Shown here: positions 46,858 to 55,265 of the stretch, piece by piece
Numbering within the stretch: position 1 is the first letter of the stretch
Layout of the letters: each line of letters begins with the position of its first letter
From: a virus
Taxonomy: Duplodnaviria; Caudoviricetes
Direction: 5' to 3' (one strand)
DNA length: 64,000 bases
Virus record (IMG/VR): IMGVR_UViG_3300025679_000005
Position numbers and translations under genes: made by a program
Notes under the pieces: generated by a model
Database searches by the model: none
Told to the model about the DNA's origin: nothing
Seen by the model: the letters and a program-made list of their open reading frames with translations, nothing else

Positions 46858-47631
46858 ATGGTCTACACGAAGAAGCAGCTAGCTGAGGCAGTTGCCTTGA
46901 GCAGTTCTATTTCAGGCGTGCTGGGATTTCTAGGTGTGTATGGAAGAAGCGGTGGTGTTTGGGCTCGTTTCAAAAAGCTGATCATTGAGCATCGGTTAGA
47001 CACATCTCACTTCAACCCTTCTAGAAGAGGCCAACCCTCATCAAGAAGACGGTCATCGGATAAGGTTTTGGTTCTTAGGGAAATCAACTATCGTGAGACG
47101 ACAGTTAGATTGAGAATGGCTATGCTTGAAGCGGGCTTCTTGCATGTTTGCGCCGTCTGCTCCCAAGCCCCCGAATGGCAAGGGGGCCGTCTGACTCTGC
47201 AAATCGACCATAAGAGTGGTGATTGGAGAGATTGTAGGCAAGAGAATTTGAGATTTCTGTGCCCTAACTGCCACAGTCAGACAAGCACCTTTGGACACAG
47301 GCCTGACCCATTGTTGATAGTCGAGACTTCTTGTGTTTCCTGTTCAAAGAAACTGCGCCTCAACCAGAACACTCTACGGAGAAAGACATCAGGGCCCTAT
47401 TGTAAACCTTGTAGGGATGTGAAATTTTTTGCTGCTAAACCTGCCAGCAAAGAGAAGATTGAGTGGCCAAATCCTATAGAATTGTCCACTTTGGTGTGGA
47501 CCACCCCTGTAACGAAGTTAGCTAACCAACTTGGTGTCTCTGGGTCTGCTATCAAGAAACGTTGTAAGCAACTCGGGATCACGACACCCGGAAGAGGTTA
47601 TTGGTCTCAACGTCAATCAGAGGTGAAGTAG
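46858..47631 (+). CDS. HNH endonuclease with C-terminal HTH
   Basis: LQIDHKSG...NLRFLCPNCH; WPNPIEL...GYW. Confidence 0.9.
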   Translation: MVYTKKQLAEAVALSSSISGVLGFLGVYGRSGGVWARFKKLIIEHRLDTSHFNPSRRGQPSSRRRSSDKVLVLREINYRETTVRLRMAMLEAGFLHVCAVCSQAPEWQGGRLTLQIDHKSGDWRDCRQENLRFLCPNCHSQTSTFGHRPDPLLIVETSCVSCSKKLRLNQNTLRRKTSGPYCKPCRDVKFFAAKPASKEKIEWPNPIELSTLVWTTPVTKLANQLGVSGSAIKKRCKQLGITTPGRGYWSQRQSEVK

Positions 47632-47646
47632 CAGCTAGTTGACTGT

Positions 47647-47718
47647 GCCGCGTTAGTCCTCTGGGAGGGCAGCTGGTCTACACCCAGCACCAGGAAGGTC
47701 CGATTCCTTCACGCGGTA
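47647..47718 (+). tRNA. tRNA-Val(TAC)
   Basis: Loop TCTACAC (C33). Confidence 0.78.
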
Positions 47719-47823
47719 CTAAGTTCGGGAACCTGGTAGGTAAGGGCAGCCCAAGAGGTTCGAGTCCTCAACCCGAGCTAGGCCAATACTGATGGTGATC
47801 AACGTTGGCGTTGGCTGATTTAT

Positions 47824-47910
47824 GCGTCGTGAGTGGAGCTGGTGACCCCATCTGTCTGACATGCAGGTCCCCTTCGAGGTAGTAGCAGAGTTCGATTCTC
47901 TGATGACGCA
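47824..47910 (+). tRNA. tRNA-Val(GAC)-like with long variable arm
   Basis: GCGTCGT/ATGACGC acceptor; loop CTGACAT; about 18-nt variable region. Confidence 0.65.
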
Positions 47911-48126
47911 CCCATGTAGGACGTTTATAGTACATATGTGTTCTATAAACGACGTGATCCCCATAGGCTGGAGGCGGGGCCATTACAGGCCGTGCCCTAG
48001 GCTCTGGAGTCGGAGAGTGAGGGGTTCCCTATGGGACTGTGAGGTACAGCCCAGAAAAAGAACCACTAGCAGCCAGAGCCGCACGGTTCTAGCTTAGCAG
48101 GCCCTAGGGCCGAATCAAGATTACAT

Positions 48127-48200
48127 CGGCGATCAAACTCAAGGTGGGTTACCCCGTTCGGAACGGGGGCATTAGGCTGGTTCGATTCCAGCATCGCCGA
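48127..48200 (+). tRNA. tRNA-Pro(CGG)
   Basis: C1-G72, A73; loop TTCGGAA. Confidence 0.82.
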
Positions 48201-48204
48201 CTAC

Positions 48205-48276
48205 CGGTACGTCATCTAATGGTTAGGATTGTTGTCTGATACACAGCACACGAAAGTTCGATTCTTTCCGTACCGA
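48205..48276 (+). tRNA. tRNA-Ile(GAT)
   Basis: Loop CTGATAC. Confidence 0.8.
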
Positions 48277-48282
48277 CTACAT

Positions 48283-48370
48283 GGAGAGTTAGCCTAATGG
48301 TAAGGCACTGTCTTGGAAAGGCAGCGTTGGCCCTTAAAAGCCATTGCAGGTTCAAGTCCTGTGCTCTCCG
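48283..48370 (+). tRNA. tRNA-Ser(GGA)
   Basis: Loop TTGGAAA; long variable arm; G73. Confidence 0.9.
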
Positions 48371-48396
48371 CTGCTGGTCTGTGCTACACTTCGTGA

Positions 48397-48666
48397 ATGC
48401 CCAGGAAGTTGCTAGTCGAGTTGAGAACGCTGTCTCTTTTCGTAACAGTTGACGACGTTCGGATAGGTGCTTTGGAGAAACTCGAAGTGAGGGCCACAGG
48501 AGACATTAGGGATGTCATTGCGACATTCCCTGCGATCAAATGCTCTGATGACACAGAGGCCCGCATAGTGGAGTACACGAAACTATTGGCTGAGGCCTGG
48601 GTCAGAGTATTCCGTGGCGGTAAGCAGATTGCTGGGCCTGCCGACACACTTCGTCTGGGCGCGTGA
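48397..48666 (+). CDS. hypothetical protein
   Basis: 89 aa ORF. Confidence 0.55.
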   Translation: MPRKLLVELRTLSLFVTVDDVRIGALEKLEVRATGDIRDVIATFPAIKCSDDTEARIVEYTKLLAEAWVRVFRGGKQIAGPADTLRLGA

Positions 48667-48769
48667 CTAGGCGTAGCGACCTAGGTGGGGGTACCAAGGG
48701 CACTTCGGTGTATGAACGGCTTCACACTGTTGCCCGTCGTGAGCGGGACTAAATTGAAAAGAGAAGACA

Positions 48770-49504
48770 ATGGCGAAACTGAACCAAATTCTGGCGGTCG
48801 AGAAGCAGACCAAGACGAACACCAACGAGCAGATCACGGTCTTGTACCAGACCTTGCAGAAGGCTCCGCTCTTGGCGGGCATCTCCCGTACCTACAAGCC
48901 GGCCGAAGAAGAGGGCGAGCAGTTCCCGCCGGAGAACGTTCAGGTGCAGGTTCGAGTCGAGCAGACTCTCAAGGAAGTCGCCAAGCACATGATCCCGCTC
49001 TTTGACGTGACGATAGCTCGTGACACCGCCAACTGTTCGGCCAAGTCCGACGTGGTCGTGGACGGTAAGGTCATCCTCAAGGATGTTCCGGCAACGTACT
49101 TGCTTTGGCTGGAGAAGCAGCTGACCGACATCCACACGTACATCGTGAAGGTCCCGACCTTGTCCCAAGACGAGACCTGGACTCTTGACACCAACCAGAA
49201 CTGTTACCGTACTGGCGTTGTCGGCACGGCGAAGACGAAGAAGATCCCGCGTGCCTTCGTCAAGGCTGAAGCCACCAAGGAGCACGCAGCTCAGGTGGAT
49301 GTGGTCCATGAGGACAAGGTAGCCGGCTACTGGTCGACCACCAAGTACTCGGGCGCCATTCCCCGCAACCGTGCTCAAGAACTTCGTGACCGAGTGGAGA
49401 AGCTCATGGCTGCAACGAAGGTTGCCCGTGAGCACGCCAATCTCGTGGAGGTGCCCAAGGTAGCAGCCGGCGAAGCCGTGTTCGACTACCTGTTCGCCAC
49501 CTGA
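48770..49504 (+). CDS. conserved coiled-coil hypothetical protein (DUF7873-like, family name from memory)
   Basis: MAKLNQILAVEK...GISRTYKP...DVPATYLLWLEKQL; GAAAAGAGAAGAC RBS region. Confidence 0.8.
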   Translation: MAKLNQILAVEKQTKTNTNEQITVLYQTLQKAPLLAGISRTYKPAEEEGEQFPPENVQVQVRVEQTLKEVAKHMIPLFDVTIARDTANCSAKSDVVVDGKVILKDVPATYLLWLEKQLTDIHTYIVKVPTLSQDETWTLDTNQNCYRTGVVGTAKTKKIPRAFVKAEATKEHAAQVDVVHEDKVAGYWSTTKYSGAIPRNRAQELRDRVEKLMAATKVAREHANLVEVPKVAAGEAVFDYLFAT

Positions 49505-49552
49505 AAAGACTACCCCAAGCTGAATCTAAGACTCCTTTTGAAATGTACTACG

Positions 49553-49661
49553 ATGTGGGCGAGAGCCCTGTGCAGGTTCGATTCCTGCCCTCCCAGCCAA
49601 TGTTCGTCAGTTCGCTAACGAGCATTACTGGGAGGTGGCCCAATATGGCAAGAGGCGCATC
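49553..49661 (+). ncRNA. circularly permuted tRNA-like unit 1 (YrlA-like topology)
   Basis: T arm, then CCTCCCA-G-CCA, linker hairpin, TGGGAGG, D arm; closed by GATGT/GCATC. Confidence 0.65.
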
Positions 49662-49744
49662 ACCGGTATCTGTCAAGTTTAGGTTTGGGTTCAAGCTGAG
49701 TTACAGTGCTGCGTTCCACCTCTCAAATGGTCATCGGCAATCCT

Positions 49745-49838
49745 CCGTAAATGTTGGTTCGATTCCGACCTTCCCAGCCATGCTCGTCAGAGCACTAACG
49801 GTCATGGCTGGGAAGTTAGCTAACGGCAAGCTGTGCGG
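49745..49838 (+). ncRNA. circularly permuted tRNA-like unit 2
   Basis: T arm, CTTCCCA-G-CCA, linker, TGGGAAG, D arm; closed by CCGTA/TGCGG. Confidence 0.65.
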
Positions 49839-49937
49839 GCTTTAGAGCTGATCGATGATCTTAAACGCCGTGGTGGATTCTAAGCAGTCTTAAACAATCC
49901 GTCCGGGGAGCCGGCTACGCTCCTCGGACACCTAATG

Positions 49938-49986
49938 GAAGAAGTCGTCTGGGACTTTTTGAGGGTTCGAACCCCTCGTCTTCCTC
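49938..49986 (+). ncRNA. minimal tRNA-like RNA lacking an anticodon arm
   Basis: GGAAGA/TCTTCC stem, one small hairpin, GAGGG-TTCGAAC-CCCTC T arm. Confidence 0.45.
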
Positions 49987-49992
49987 TTCGTT

Positions 49993-50083
49993 GGATAGGT
50001 GGCTGAGCGGCTTAAAGCACCAGGTTGCTAACTTGACGTGGGACTTAAAAACACCACCGTGGGTTCAAATCCCACCCTATCCG
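49993..50083 (+). tRNA. tRNA-Ser(GCT)
   Basis: Loop TTGCTAA; long variable arm. Confidence 0.88.
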
Positions 50084-50128
50084 CTGTGATACTGGGCTCA
50101 TCCCCTGTTCGCCCACGACAAGACAAAT

Positions 50129-50200
50129 GCTTCTGTATCCTAGTGGAACAGGTAATTCTCTCCGAAAGAATTTACGCAGGTTCGACTCCTGCCAGAAGCG
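50129..50200 (+). tRNA. tRNA-Arg(CCG)
   Basis: Loop CTCCGAA. Confidence 0.78.
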
Positions 50201-50241
50201 CTGCGGGTGTGGCCATAGTTTTCTGTGATACACTATGTGCC

Positions 50242-50727
50242 ATGGACCATGCAGAGAAGTTACGTCGTAACGGGATTCGCCAGCGTGAGAAGAAGAACCG
50301 AAATCGATCGGAGATCTTAAGGCTGCTAGGGGATGCATGTAAAAAGTGCGGCTTCACCGATTCAAGAGCCATTCACATAGACCACGTGAATGGCGGCGGA
50401 GGTATTGATCGGAAAAGCTCAGGTAGTGGATTCCGCTACTACCAACGAGTGTTGAAGTTGATTCTGACTGGCAGTACCGATTATCAGCTGCTGTGTGCTA
50501 ATTGTAACGCCATAAAACTGGCGGACCATGAACGGAGGAAACCTAAGCATGTGGGAGAAATACCCGAAATACCAAAGCTTAGACCATGCGGAACCCATTC
50601 AGCATATCATCGAGGATGTCGATGTGAATTATGCTGCGAAGCCCATCGTGTGTACTGTAGAGAGAAGATGCGAAAACAGAGATTGAGGCGAGGACAAAAA
50701 CCGCGCACCCTCAGGACTCTTAGCTAA
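50242..50727 (+). CDS. HNH endonuclease
   Basis: CKKCG...HIDHVNG...YQLLCANCN. Confidence 0.8.
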   Translation: MDHAEKLRRNGIRQREKKNRNRSEILRLLGDACKKCGFTDSRAIHIDHVNGGGGIDRKSSGSGFRYYQRVLKLILTGSTDYQLLCANCNAIKLADHERRKPKHVGEIPEIPKLRPCGTHSAYHRGCRCELCCEAHRVYCREKMRKQRLRRGQKPRTLRTLS

Positions 50728-50734
50728 CAAAAAC

Positions 50735-50803
50735 GGTAACATTCCTAGGAGGAGAGCTGGTTTCATACGCCAAGCTACTATGGTTCGAGTCCATTTGTTA
50801 CCA
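50735..50803 (+). tRNA. tRNA-Met/Ile2(CAT), atypical
   Basis: Loop TTCATAC; weak D arm. Confidence 0.6.
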
Positions 50804-50804
50804 C

Positions 50805-50881
50805 TCCGGAATCGTCTACTGGCCAGGATAACCACGCTTTGAACGTGGGAGAGTAGCGTTCGAGTCGCTAGTCCGGAACCA
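50805..50881 (+). tRNA. tRNA-Gln(TTG)
   Basis: Loop CTTTGAA; encoded CCA. Confidence 0.82.
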
Positions 50882-51302
50882 ATCGGTGTAGACCATAGGG
50901 TCATGAAAGACGCCCAAGGCCACGACTGGCAGGTGGACCAGACTGATCACCCCTTCCTAACAGGATGGAAGTGCCAGAACTGTGCCCGTAAGACTTTCAC
51001 CCACGATGGCTGGATTCCGGCCGATGAACCTAAATCACCAGAGCCCTGTGTCCCTGGTGTCTTAAACCCTTAAGTGGTCGCAACTCGTGCCGTATAGGAC
51101 GGTGCAATCAAGCGAGCACAGAAGTCCTTTTGGCTAAGAGCGCCGTAATGAAGGAACTACACTCCAGACCAGGGGCTAAGGAAAAACGGGGCGCTGCCAT
51201 CTCCCGTGTCCACAATACCCTAGACGGTAGGCGCAAACTGGCCAATCGCAGACGTAAGGGTGAGAGTGTAGAAACGTGGAAGAAGCGTATAGGACAAGTA
51301 CC

Positions 51303-52262
51303 ATGACCTGGAGAGACCTACTTCAAACGGCTGAGGAAACCATCGTGTTGCCTTGGACGGGTGGTCGGACTCTCCGGGGGTACGACCGGGTTTGGACCAT
51401 TGAGGGCCGAACTCCGAACGAGATGGGTTGGTACCGTTTCCGACTGAACGGCCGTAAGGCCAAGGTCGACGGTACCTCCCTGTCTGATACTGACCGTGTG
51501 GGCTGGATAGTCCGAGGGTACCTTGTGGGCGATCGAATCGTCCCTGATGGTGTCCGGATGGACCCAGACCCTCTCAAGATCATTCCGTCCTCGGAGAGGG
51601 TGTACCTCATTGAGGACGGGTTAGACCGATTCGTTAGGATCTCAGCGGGGCGTATTTACGAGGGCGGGCCTCTCGTGTACGTTCAGCAGGAGATGCCTTT
51701 GGGCTCTGAGGACGAAGTGTTGTCAGCGTTCCTTGACCAGAAGCCTTCCGTGGATGCCGTTTCCGGCGTCACACCGGCCCTTGACGCTGCGTTTCGCATG
51801 GAGACGTGGCAACGAGTCGAGGCCGAGCGGAGGCGTCTGGAAGAGGCAGCTAGGCGGCAGGCAGAAGAAGAGCAGCGGCAGCGCGAGGAAAACCGCCGCC
51901 GGCTCGTTGAGCAACTTGGTGATGGGGCCGGCCGAAGGGCCATGGCCCGCGTAGACTTTAGTCAGGCAGCCCGGGCGGCCCTGGCGGTAGGTGGCGCTGA
52001 GTTTCTTGACAATCGTCGAGCGGTTCAACGGGGTGAGATGGTGGTTCGGTTCCGATTGATCAACCGTCGGTTCGAGTGTACTTGCGACGAGAACACTCTG
52101 AGGATCATCGACTCTGGTATTTGCCTCACCCAGGAATATGATGACGGGGACTTTGAAAGAGGCACCAAAGGAGACACATGGCTCTCTTTGGAGTCTCTCC
52201 CCGGTGTAATCATGGAAGCGGATCGAGAAGGAAAGCTGGTGGTTTTCAGACATGTCGATTGA
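51303..52262 (+). CDS. hypothetical protein with possible C-terminal E2 (UBC)-like segment
   Basis: GICL...W.SL.SL..VI pattern resembles the E2 active-site region (inference); first large gene of the JAB/Ubl/E1 cluster. Confidence 0.5.
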   Translation: MTWRDLLQTAEETIVLPWTGGRTLRGYDRVWTIEGRTPNEMGWYRFRLNGRKAKVDGTSLSDTDRVGWIVRGYLVGDRIVPDGVRMDPDPLKIIPSSERVYLIEDGLDRFVRISAGRIYEGGPLVYVQQEMPLGSEDEVLSAFLDQKPSVDAVSGVTPALDAAFRMETWQRVEAERRRLEEAARRQAEEEQRQREENRRRLVEQLGDGAGRRAMARVDFSQAARAALAVGGAEFLDNRRAVQRGEMVVRFRLINRRFECTCDENTLRIIDSGICLTQEYDDGDFERGTKGDTWLSLESLPGVIMEADREGKLVVFRHVD

Positions 52263-53049
52263 CAGAAAGGCTATTGCCAGAAATAGGAAGTCAAGCCGAA
52301 TGATCACAGCTTTTGACAGAACCCAATGTCTTTCTGCTTGGGCGGAGGAGGGTGGTATTGGGTATGCCACTATCCGTATGAGGCTCTCCGCCGGCTGGGC
52401 TCCAGAAGTGGCAGTAACACTCCCACCAGGGGCCCACCGTGTTCAGCGGACTACTGAAGGGTACTCCGGTTTTTCTCAATTGAAGGAAGTTCTGACACAG
52501 TACCGTTCGACAGAGATGGTGCCGGTGATCTGCACTAGATGTGCCGCCCAGTTCTTTAGGACGAAGGAGGAACTGGCAAAAGCTCACAAGAACCGACATG
52601 GGATATTTTGCTCCTCTTTTTGTGGGGCGAAGTATCCGTCAGAAAAGAATATTTTAGAGGTAGATGGCATTAAGGGCAAGATCTGTAGAGCTTGCAATAC
52701 CTGGAAGGTTCTGCCTAAAATAGGTAACAAAAGGGTATGTGACACATGCCTAAATACAAGACCTAGATCCAGATATACCGACTACAAGAGACATTCTAAG
52801 TACGGCTTCGCCTTAACATTTGATGAGTTCAATAGCCTCATATTCCAGGCTTGCTGGTATTGTGGAACTCGCGCAGGCATTGACGGTAACGGTATTGACC
52901 GTATCGATAGCCTGAAAGGGTACTCCACAGATAATTGTCTACCTTGTTGCAAGGGATGCAATAGGTCGAAAAGTAACCATTCTCAGCAAGAGTTCTTGGA
53001 ACGGTGCCATAGAATAGCGCAGAGGCATCCAATGGAGAGTACATGTTAG
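52252..53049 (+). CDS. HNH-type endonuclease inserted in the Ubl cassette
   Basis: CWYCG...GIDRIDSLKGY...NCLPCCKGCN; overlaps both neighbours. Confidence 0.85.
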   Translation: MSIDRKAIARNRKSSRMITAFDRTQCLSAWAEEGGIGYATIRMRLSAGWAPEVAVTLPPGAHRVQRTTEGYSGFSQLKEVLTQYRSTEMVPVICTRCAAQFFRTKEELAKAHKNRHGIFCSSFCGAKYPSEKNILEVDGIKGKICRACNTWKVLPKIGNKRVCDTCLNTRPRSRYTDYKRHSKYGFALTFDEFNSLIFQACWYCGTRAGIDGNGIDRIDSLKGYSTDNCLPCCKGCNRSKSNHSQQEFLERCHRIAQRHPMESTC

Positions 53050-53444
53050 AGACAGGTGTTTTAGTTGGAACTAGTGGTCAAATTTTAGCTTGGCACCTTC
53101 CTCCGGGGCGTACTAGTGGGTACCTTCCCGATAGCCGTAATCTGTGGGAAATTCTGTGGGAGCACCGAAAGGGGCTCTACGGGTTTGCTCACAGCCACCC
53201 CGGCTCCGGGCCCGTCGCCCCCTCGAATGAGGACCTGACGACGTTCTCGGCTGTTGACAGGGCTTTGGGTCAGCGGCTGGTCTGGCCGATTTCTTCAGAA
53301 GATCACGTGGCCTTCTTTACTTGGAAGGGGCCTGGGCCGTATGACTACGCACACGCTGGACAGTTCAATGCGGATGACGCACCGGACTGGATGCCAGCTG
53401 AATGGCTCCTGAAATTGCGGGAGCTTTCTAACTACAACAAATGA
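53043..53444 (+). CDS. JAB/MPN+ metallopeptidase
   Basis: AHSHP...PSNED (HxH-x7-S-x2-D). Confidence 0.85.
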   Translation: MLETGVLVGTSGQILAWHLPPGRTSGYLPDSRNLWEILWEHRKGLYGFAHSHPGSGPVAPSNEDLTTFSAVDRALGQRLVWPISSEDHVAFFTWKGPGPYDYAHAGQFNADDAPDWMPAEWLLKLRELSNYNK

Positions 53445-53454
53445 CGGAGAAAAC

Positions 53455-53715
53455 ATGGACATTGAGACATTTCAAGCACGGGTGAACATCACCTACAACG
53501 GATCCAACGGGGATCTCCCGGATCCAGTCACCTTCGACTCGACGGATGCAGCCATCCGCGGGTTCATCACGGAAGCTGTGCGTGCAGGCAGCGTTCCTGG
53601 TATAGCGGCCGATCCGAACGCAGACTTCACGGACTTCGTGATCGATCGGTTCACAGCGAATGAGGTAACGCCCTTTAATCGCCTGATGGCCCGGCCCAAG
53701 ACTCCCTTCGGCTGA
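53455..53715 (+). CDS. ubiquitin-like (beta-grasp) small protein ending in Gly
   Basis: 86 aa, C-term RPKTPFG, sits between JAB and E1; GGAGA RBS. Confidence 0.6.
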   Translation: MDIETFQARVNITYNGSNGDLPDPVTFDSTDAAIRGFITEAVRAGSVPGIAADPNADFTDFVIDRFTANEVTPFNRLMARPKTPFG

Positions 53716-53753
53716 GCCCTTACCTCTTCTGAAACCCGACCGTATAGAGCAAC

Positions 53754-54326
53754 ATGAAACGAATCACTGTCGTAGGCGTCGGAGCCTTAGGTTCCCACGT
53801 CGTCATGTTGCTCCGTAATGTCGGGGCAGACCTTCGAGTCATCGACTTCGATCGGGTCGAGCAGAAGAACGTTCTGTCTCAGTTTCACGGGAAGACTCAG
53901 GTGGGCAAGAACAAGTGCCAATCCCTGGCTCAGACCATGAACTTCCTGTTCGGGACGAAGATGATCATGTTCCCTCATAGGCTCACCTCGGAGAACGACA
54001 CTCAGCTATTGGGCGGCTCCGACCTCCTCATCGACTGCTTGGACAACGGGACAGCGAGGAAGGTGGTTCAGGACTTCGCTCGCAAGACCAAGACCCCGTG
54101 CTTGCATGGAGCTTTGGCTGCGAACGGAGGCTTCGGTCGAGTCGTCTGGGATGCCAAATTCGAGATTGATGAGGCCTCGGGAGGAGCCGCCACCTGCGAA
54201 GACGGCGCTCATCTGCCGTTCATTTCGATCACGGCTAGCTACTTGGCCAAGGCCGCCCAGGACTTCCTGGTCCACGGCAAGACCACGGGCTACCAAATTC
54301 ACCCGCAGGGAGTGTTCGCCGTCTGA
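53754..54326 (+). CDS. ThiF/E1-like adenylation enzyme
   Basis: VVGVGALGSH, DFDRVEQKN, IDCLDN; candidate Cys in ATCE. Confidence 0.9.
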   Translation: MKRITVVGVGALGSHVVMLLRNVGADLRVIDFDRVEQKNVLSQFHGKTQVGKNKCQSLAQTMNFLFGTKMIMFPHRLTSENDTQLLGGSDLLIDCLDNGTARKVVQDFARKTKTPCLHGALAANGGFGRVVWDAKFEIDEASGGAATCEDGAHLPFISITASYLAKAAQDFLVHGKTTGYQIHPQGVFAV

Positions 54327-54383
54327 CTGGCTCGTCAAAGTAGGTACCGATAGTTTACAATCTACTTGTAAACTACTCTAGAC

Positions 54384-55088
54384 ATGGAAGAGACGCGAAT
54401 TTGCAAGAAGTGTGGCAAAGACAAGCTGATTACGAAGTTTCAGCTCGCACGAAGCGGGAAAAGTCGCGGTCGTACCTGTATGGCCTGCATCCACAAGGAT
54501 TGGTATCATAGCAAAGGTAAAGCCAGAAGCGCTGAGCGGCTGGCTAAGCAGGATGCTACAGAGCCTCTACGCACTTGCAACACCTGCGGCCTCGAAAAGA
54601 ATATCGTCAACTTCGGTGAGGTAGGCGGTGGATATCGGCGGAGAACGTGCAAGTTATGTTGCTCCAGAGCAGATGAGACGACGTTCAAATTAAATGGAGA
54701 TGTGCTCTTACGGAAAGGCACTAGGAGTGCTCAAGAAAAAGTAAGAAGAGTATGCGACATCCCTAAGACAATATATACGGATTGCCGTGGGTCAGACCGT
54801 AAGAAAGGATTCCCAGACTCAGACTTGACAGTGGAGATCATCGCCAAGTTGTTATACGGGGGTTGTCGTTATTGCGGGGAGACCGATCTCCGGATGACTT
54901 TGGATCGAATAGACACTAGCCAAGGTCATAGTGTAGCGAATGTCGTGCCAGCCTGCCTTCGATGCAACTATCATAGAGGTTCCATGCCTTACGAGGCTTG
55001 GCTGCATATTGCTCCGGCTGTCAGGTCGGCTCGCGAGCTGGGATTGTTCGGTACCTGGAGGTCCAAACCTTTTAACAAAAAGTCTTGA
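54384..55088 (+). CDS. HNH-type endonuclease
   Basis: CRYCG...TLDRID...NVVPACLRCN; paralog of 39097-39810. Confidence 0.85.
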   Translation: MEETRICKKCGKDKLITKFQLARSGKSRGRTCMACIHKDWYHSKGKARSAERLAKQDATEPLRTCNTCGLEKNIVNFGEVGGGYRRRTCKLCCSRADETTFKLNGDVLLRKGTRSAQEKVRRVCDIPKTIYTDCRGSDRKKGFPDSDLTVEIIAKLLYGGCRYCGETDLRMTLDRIDTSQGHSVANVVPACLRCNYHRGSMPYEAWLHIAPAVRSARELGLFGTWRSKPFNKKS

Positions 55089-55131
55089 CGCCACCTACCT
55101 TGCCGGTGTACATACTTCAAGTCACGTTTCG

Positions 55132-55261
55132 CCCGGTCACTGAGGGTAGGGTTCCCTCGCCAAATTTTGGTTTTGGAAAAACAACCGCTCTGTCGCCTCG
55201 TCCCAGTAATGGGACACCAGACAGTGCTTACAAGCTGAGAGTTCGATTCTCTCACCGGGCA
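55132..55261 (+). ncRNA. oversized tRNA-like RNA
   Basis: GCCCGGT/ACCGGGC acceptor, D-like arm, T arm, about 75-nt central region. Confidence 0.5.
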
Positions 55262-55265
55262 CTCT

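Noticed and set aside
49553-49838. Two-piece tmRNA
   Set aside because: No G3-U70 alanine identity, two units instead of one, and no recognisable tag peptide
37168-50904. Many 60-130 aa ORFs across the tRNA array and antisense to real genes
   Set aside because: They are translations of tRNA genes or shadow frames with no protein motifs
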